Of a stretch of DNA of 64,000 bases, positions 60,252-64,000 are shown one piece after another. Numbering within the stretch: position 1 is the first letter of the stretch; the number at the start of each line of letters is the position of its first letter. The notes beneath the pieces are model-generated. The model was given only the letters and a program-made list of their open reading frames with translations. It had not been told where the DNA came from and did no database searches. Origin of the DNA: Naegleria gruberi (taxonomy: Eukaryota); the NCBI GenBank assembly GCA_000004985.1, contig GG738852.1; one strand, written 5' to 3'. The translations under genes were made by a program, and so were the position numbers.

Positions 60252-62165
60252 ATGAATGAACGTTGGCTTCTATTCTTCCTATGTGGTTTAATACTGTTTT
60301 TTTCCTTGTTTTGCTTTTACCCAAACCTAGTGGAAAGATTAAGAGAATTATCCTCTCTAGATAGTATATCGGAAATTATTGATCAAGTAGTGTGGAAATC
60401 AAAACATCGGAATTTTCACTTCTTCATGGAAATGTGTATGTTCGTAGTGTGTGTCATTCTGGTGCCACACTTGTACATTGGAAGGAGTCAAAATGATGCT
60501 AGGGAAGGAAAATTAATTGGATACGGATTATTTCCTCTGCTGAGTTATTGTATCGGAATGTATTTTGATTTAGGTGCTGGGTTTACTGATGGTTTTGTGG
60601 TTGTGAGATCGATAGCCCAGCAGGAGAAACAAGTACAAGCACTTTTTACAGATTCCCGACAACATATTCTAACATTTTCAAAACCATTTTCAATATTTCA
60701 TACCAGCTTGATTACAAATATACTTGCACTATTGATGGAGGATCGAATGCAATTCTTGAAACTCTATATTTATGGCTCGTATGCAGCCATATTGAGTATT
60801 TATTGGCCAATCTCCTCAAAAATAGCATCTGGCACACTCAAAGTTGGTTATATTAAGAAAGCTCTATTGTCAATGAATTTGAATGTTGATTGGATAACTA
60901 GTACGGAATTTATTTCTCTAATGAGTGTGATTATTATTGGATTTTTGGTATTTGAATTAACATTTTCAATTTGTAGGAAATTTTCCCCTTCATCCTTTAC
61001 ATTTGGAGAAAGTGTTATTATGAGTAACATTACGAGTGTTTGTTTTTTGAGATTAGTAGACTTGTCGAGGAATGCACATCTATTGGTGGCTGACGATGTA
61101 TCAATGGTTGAAGCATTGATAGAACTCATGATTCTATCTACAGTTTTCTTTGGAATATCATGCTATTTTATATTTGTTAAATTGACTGGAAGGAGGTACA
61201 ATACCATTCTCAATTATATGGCCTATGCTATTTTCTATTACTCTATTGTACTTATTTATGTATTGCCAAAGGTATTACTTCCTAATGAGGCAGTGTCAAT
61301 TGAGAATATTAAGAATCCAATTATTTGGATTGTTGAATTTATATTTATCAAAGATGCCATGCACTTGAAAATATTAGTTTATTGGCTAATGTGTATGTCA
61401 TTCATGTTTATTGTAATGAGCTTTTCAAAGGAGAAAACAATAGAAGTTTCAAAAACAAAAAAGAAGGATTTGATATACCTTTTTGGAGGAAGAATAAGTG
61501 TCCCAAAAATCATTTATAGAAAATTCTTTCATATTATGGCTGTCATTATGTTTGTACCTGTTACTATTCAAAGACCTCTATTCATGTGCCTGAGTTATGC
61601 TGTGGCAATTTGTTTATTCTTACTAATTGAGAGTTTCAGAGTTCAATTCATCACAGAGCATGAAGTCAACTCGCTAGCAAGAGCTCTCCATTTTTATATT
61701 AAGCAATTTACAGATTCAAGAGATTCTGGCACTTTTATATTGACACATATTTATCTTTTAATTGGATGCATGATACCTACCTGTGTGGAAATTTTCAGTC
61801 ATGAAAAGACAATTAATTATCATAGAATTTTATCAGGAGTCATGATTTTAGGAATTGGAGATACCATGGCATCAGTTGTTGGTTTCAATTTTGGAAAAAC
61901 CAAGTGGAATTATCCTATTGATACCAAAAAATCAGTTGAGGGTACGTTTGCCTCATTCCTCAGTGTTTGTTTCATTTCCTATCTTGTCGTGCCAATTCAT
62001 TTCACTTCCAACTTGGAATTGTGTAGTTATATATTTTGTACACTTGCTGCCAGTATGTTGGAGGCTTACACTGTACAAATTGATAATTTGATACTTCCAG
62101 TATTCTTCTACACCCTATTGTGTGCCTTCTCAACCATTCAAAGTCATTTGTTTACTATTCTGTAA
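60252..62165 (+). CDS. DOLK: Dolichol kinase (CTP-dependent; Sec59/DOLK family)
   Basis: 637-aa polytopic membrane protein. The C-terminal 200 aa match dolichol kinase closely: RKFFHIMAVIMF...FTDSRDSGTFILTHIYLLIGC...ILGIGDTMASVVGFNFGKTKW...KSVEGTFASFLSV...EAYTVQIDNLILPVFFY. These correspond to the conserved RK.FH, D.RD.G.FIL.H.YLL.GC, LG.GD..AS.VG, K..EGS.A and EA.T.Q.DNL.LP blocks. Confidence 0.8.
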   Translation: MNERWLLFFLCGLILFFSLFCFYPNLVERLRELSSLDSISEIIDQVVWKSKHRNFHFFMEMCMFVVCVILVPHLYIGRSQNDAREGKLIGYGLFPLLSYCIGMYFDLGAGFTDGFVVVRSIAQQEKQVQALFTDSRQHILTFSKPFSIFHTSLITNILALLMEDRMQFLKLYIYGSYAAILSIYWPISSKIASGTLKVGYIKKALLSMNLNVDWITSTEFISLMSVIIIGFLVFELTFSICRKFSPSSFTFGESVIMSNITSVCFLRLVDLSRNAHLLVADDVSMVEALIELMILSTVFFGISCYFIFVKLTGRRYNTILNYMAYAIFYYSIVLIYVLPKVLLPNEAVSIENIKNPIIWIVEFIFIKDAMHLKILVYWLMCMSFMFIVMSFSKEKTIEVSKTKKKDLIYLFGGRISVPKIIYRKFFHIMAVIMFVPVTIQRPLFMCLSYAVAICLFLLIESFRVQFITEHEVNSLARALHFYIKQFTDSRDSGTFILTHIYLLIGCMIPTCVEIFSHEKTINYHRILSGVMILGIGDTMASVVGFNFGKTKWNYPIDTKKSVEGTFASFLSVCFISYLVVPIHFTSNLELCSYIFCTLAASMLEAYTVQIDNLILPVFFYTLLCAFSTIQSHLFTIL

Positions 62166-62227
62166 TTCTCAACACAATTAAACATTTATTTGTGAGTGCA
62201 ATTTCAAATAAACTTTTTTAAAAAAAA

Positions 62228-62479
62228 ATGGAAAAATCATATTCAAAGGCAACACCTGCTTCCATGATGCCTTCCGTTAAACCATTCAACCACAACTCAT
62301 CAAGTAATCCGTTCGTTGTGGAAAATAAAAAGAGAGAAGAAAAATTAAAACCTATTGTTTTGTATAGGTGTGGATCATGCGGAATGGAAAGTTACAATTT
62401 CAGAGCCTGTGCTTCATGTCAAAGTAAATTAATGTACAAGAAGAGAACCCCTAAATTTATCCATCACGAAACTAATTAA
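62228..62479 (+). CDS. Small zinc-ribbon protein resembling RNA polymerase common subunit ABC10alpha (Rpb12 / POLR2K)
   Basis: 83 aa. The C-terminus LYRCGSCGMESYNFRACASCQSKLMYKKRTPKF matches the ABC10alpha pattern Y.C..C(n)C..C..[KR].[IL][LM]YKKRT. Confidence 0.55.
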   Translation: MEKSYSKATPASMMPSVKPFNHNSSSNPFVVENKKREEKLKPIVLYRCGSCGMESYNFRACASCQSKLMYKKRTPKFIHHETN

Positions 62480-62844
62480 CTTATTATTATTCGGAATGTA
62501 TTTTACTGCAATGTGATGGTAAAATAACCAGCTAGGAGAGTCGCAAATTATTGATACGAAATTTACCAATTGGTTTCTGCAATAATTACTTTGTGATGAA
62601 CAAATAAATAGTAATTTATTTTAATGGAGATGAAGTAAAGCTATTCTGATAACTTGTAACTGAGGAACGAGAGACTGTATCTGTAATTTCCATTTGTTAA
62701 AGGAATTTCTTGAACTTGTCTACAATAATCAATGTGATTCAATTAACAAAATTGAAATAGTAATTTACATCACCTAATTGATGATGTGAGTTTGAGATTG
62801 TGAAGTGAACGAATGTTGATATGTTATTCAAAAGTATCTGAATC

Positions 62845-64000
62845 TTAAACATTATCTTGTGAAGTAAAGTTTGGCTTTGTGTCATCTGCCATATGATATT
62901 TGAAAAGATAATATTGACTAGTAACAGAAACAAGTAATAGCCCACAACAAACTTCAAATTGAGAAATAGAATTAACATAATACAATGATAATACAACCAG
63001 AAAATTGGTAGGAATTCTAATATAGTTCATAACAGTAGATCTGACATCTTCTGGTATGTACATGCTCTTCATGGTAGAGATGGCAGGCCAGAATACTCCA
63101 ACACATGCTTCAAACACTAAAAAGCTCAATAAAATTGGTGTGAATGAAGAGAAAAAAATTGGAATGATGAATGAAACTATTGCAGTAATAAATACAATCA
63201 AGAGAATGAATTCCACACTTGAGAAACGGCTAGCATTTGTAAAACTCTTCTGAGAGCTAGCATTGGAATAAAAGATTTTGAAAATTGAACTTCCAATCAT
63301 GACAGAAATCATAAAGGCGGCAAATACATAACCAATGTCCAATTGTTTAACACCATCCCAGTATGCTTGTTGCAAAGTTGGAGTCCACATTAAAACAAAA
63401 ATATACATTGCAGCTTCAAAGAAACTTTGTGAAATTGCAACACACAAAACTTTCTTATCAGTCCTAATAACTTCATATCCTCTAATGAAATTCTTTTTCC
63501 AATCACCAGTGGTGTCACCATAATTTTCATTCCAATTATAGTAAATTATTGCACCTCCAATAACGAGGAAGATAATGGCACCTAATATTTATCAGTAAAA
63601 ACAGTAAAATTAGATTATTGTAAATTATTAATAATTTTACAATCAAAAACTTACAATCAAATGGAGCTACAGGACTTCCTATAATATCATATAAAAAGTT
63701 TGAAACAAATCCTGACAAGATTGCAATAATTCCATTTGCAAAAGTCTGCTGATAAAAAGTATCTCCAATCCAAGAAGGATCGAATTTGGCATTGTTATGC
63801 TCGTAAATCATCCAAGATTCGAATACAGAACTCAAAATACTAGTAGCTATTCCACTGAAAAATCGTCCAATCATTAATACCACCAAGTTGGAGCTGTGTT
63901 TTGTCAAGCAAGCCAAAGCATATAAAACTACAAATGTCAAACAAATTTTCTTTCTCCCTCTAAAATGAAAATATTCATAAAATCACATGAGAATGAAAAA
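62845..64000 (-). CDS. Major-facilitator-superfamily transporter (MFSD5 / molybdate-transporter-2-like), 3' portion; at least 3 exons, with the 5' exons outside the window
   Basis: Exon from about 63959 down to 63639 begins right after an AG acceptor and encodes GRKKICLTFVVLYALACL...IGRFFSGIATS...GSPVAPFD; GRKK is MFS motif-A-like. A 59-nt GTAAGT intron spans about 63638-63580. The last exon (63579-62845) encodes CAIIFLVIGGAIIYYNWNENYG... and at least 6 further TM helices. The first exon or exons, with TM1-2, must lie beyond position 64000. Confidence 0.5.

Noticed and set aside
1-64000. Search for a prokaryote-style system: operons, defence islands, CRISPR arrays, restriction-modification, toxin-antitoxin, integrases or transposases
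   Set aside because: The window is eukaryotic. It has spliceosomal introns with GTAAGT donors, mitochondrial presequences, F-box/LRR, TRAPP, kinetochore and prenylation genes, and monocistronic genes on alternating strands. No direct-repeat/spacer array was seen, and no integrase, transposase, reverse-transcriptase or terminal-repeat structures. I therefore do not propose any bacterial-type system here.
1-64000. tRNA or rRNA genes
   Set aside because: I looked for the T-loop signature (GGTTCGAATCC-like) and for GC-rich islands of 70-90 nt in the spacers and found none convincing. A tRNAscan run is needed to exclude tRNAs properly.

Overview
This window is eukaryotic nuclear DNA, not prokaryotic. 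It is AT-rich and gene-dense, with about 44 protein-coding genes in 64 kb on both strands and intergenic spacers of roughly 15-850 bp. Many genes have short spliceosomal introns of about 45-360 nt with GTAAGT/GTATGT donors and AG acceptors. Several genes start with a separate 5' exon that encodes only a mitochondrial presequence or a secretion signal. Some neighbouring genes converge tail-to-tail with only 14-50 bp between stop codons. The ORF track treats GTG/TTG as Met, so its ORF 5' ends are unreliable; the true ATGs and splice junctions given here were worked out by hand and are +/- a few nt.

Genes I can recognise with reasonable confidence:
- a NAP-family C-terminus at the left edge
- thioredoxin
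- cytosolic-type malate dehydrogenase with an N-terminal extension
- pyruvate dehydrogenase E2 with its presequence on a separate exon
- tafazzin-like acyltransferase
- IBA57/YgfZ Fe-S assembly factor
- TRAPPC1/Bet5
- dolichol kinase
- isoprenylcysteine carboxyl methyltransferase (ICMT)
- CaaX prenyltransferase beta subunit
- PP2C phosphatase with a long low-complexity N-terminus
- staphylococcal-nuclease-like secreted nuclease
- RNA polymerase subunit ABC10alpha-like zinc ribbon
- Spc25-like kinetochore protein

The less ordinary genes are:
- a 7TM receptor fused to a C-terminal RGS domain
- a seven-exon receptor Ser/Thr kinase with an NHL beta-propeller, tenascin-type EGF repeats, a TM helix and a kinase domain
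- a Rnd-like Rho GTPase with substitutions at the Gly12/Gln61 equivalents and a farnesyl-type CaaX box, lying 3 kb from the prenyltransferase beta gene and 11 kb from ICMT
- an SRA/YDG (5mC-reader) domain protein
- a Zn2Cys6 binuclear-cluster protein
- a SAP-SWIM-RING E3-like protein
- a DUF4116 repeat protein
- five F-box-like proteins fused to RNI-type LRRs or Sel1 repeats, including two tandem pairs

I found no mobile element, CRISPR array, rRNA or tRNA by eye, and no prokaryote-style defence or biosynthetic system. Gene content and architecture look like an AT-rich amoeboid/heterolobosean protist (Naegleria-like), but that is inference only. All functional calls come from motif recognition in my own translations; none was checked against a database.
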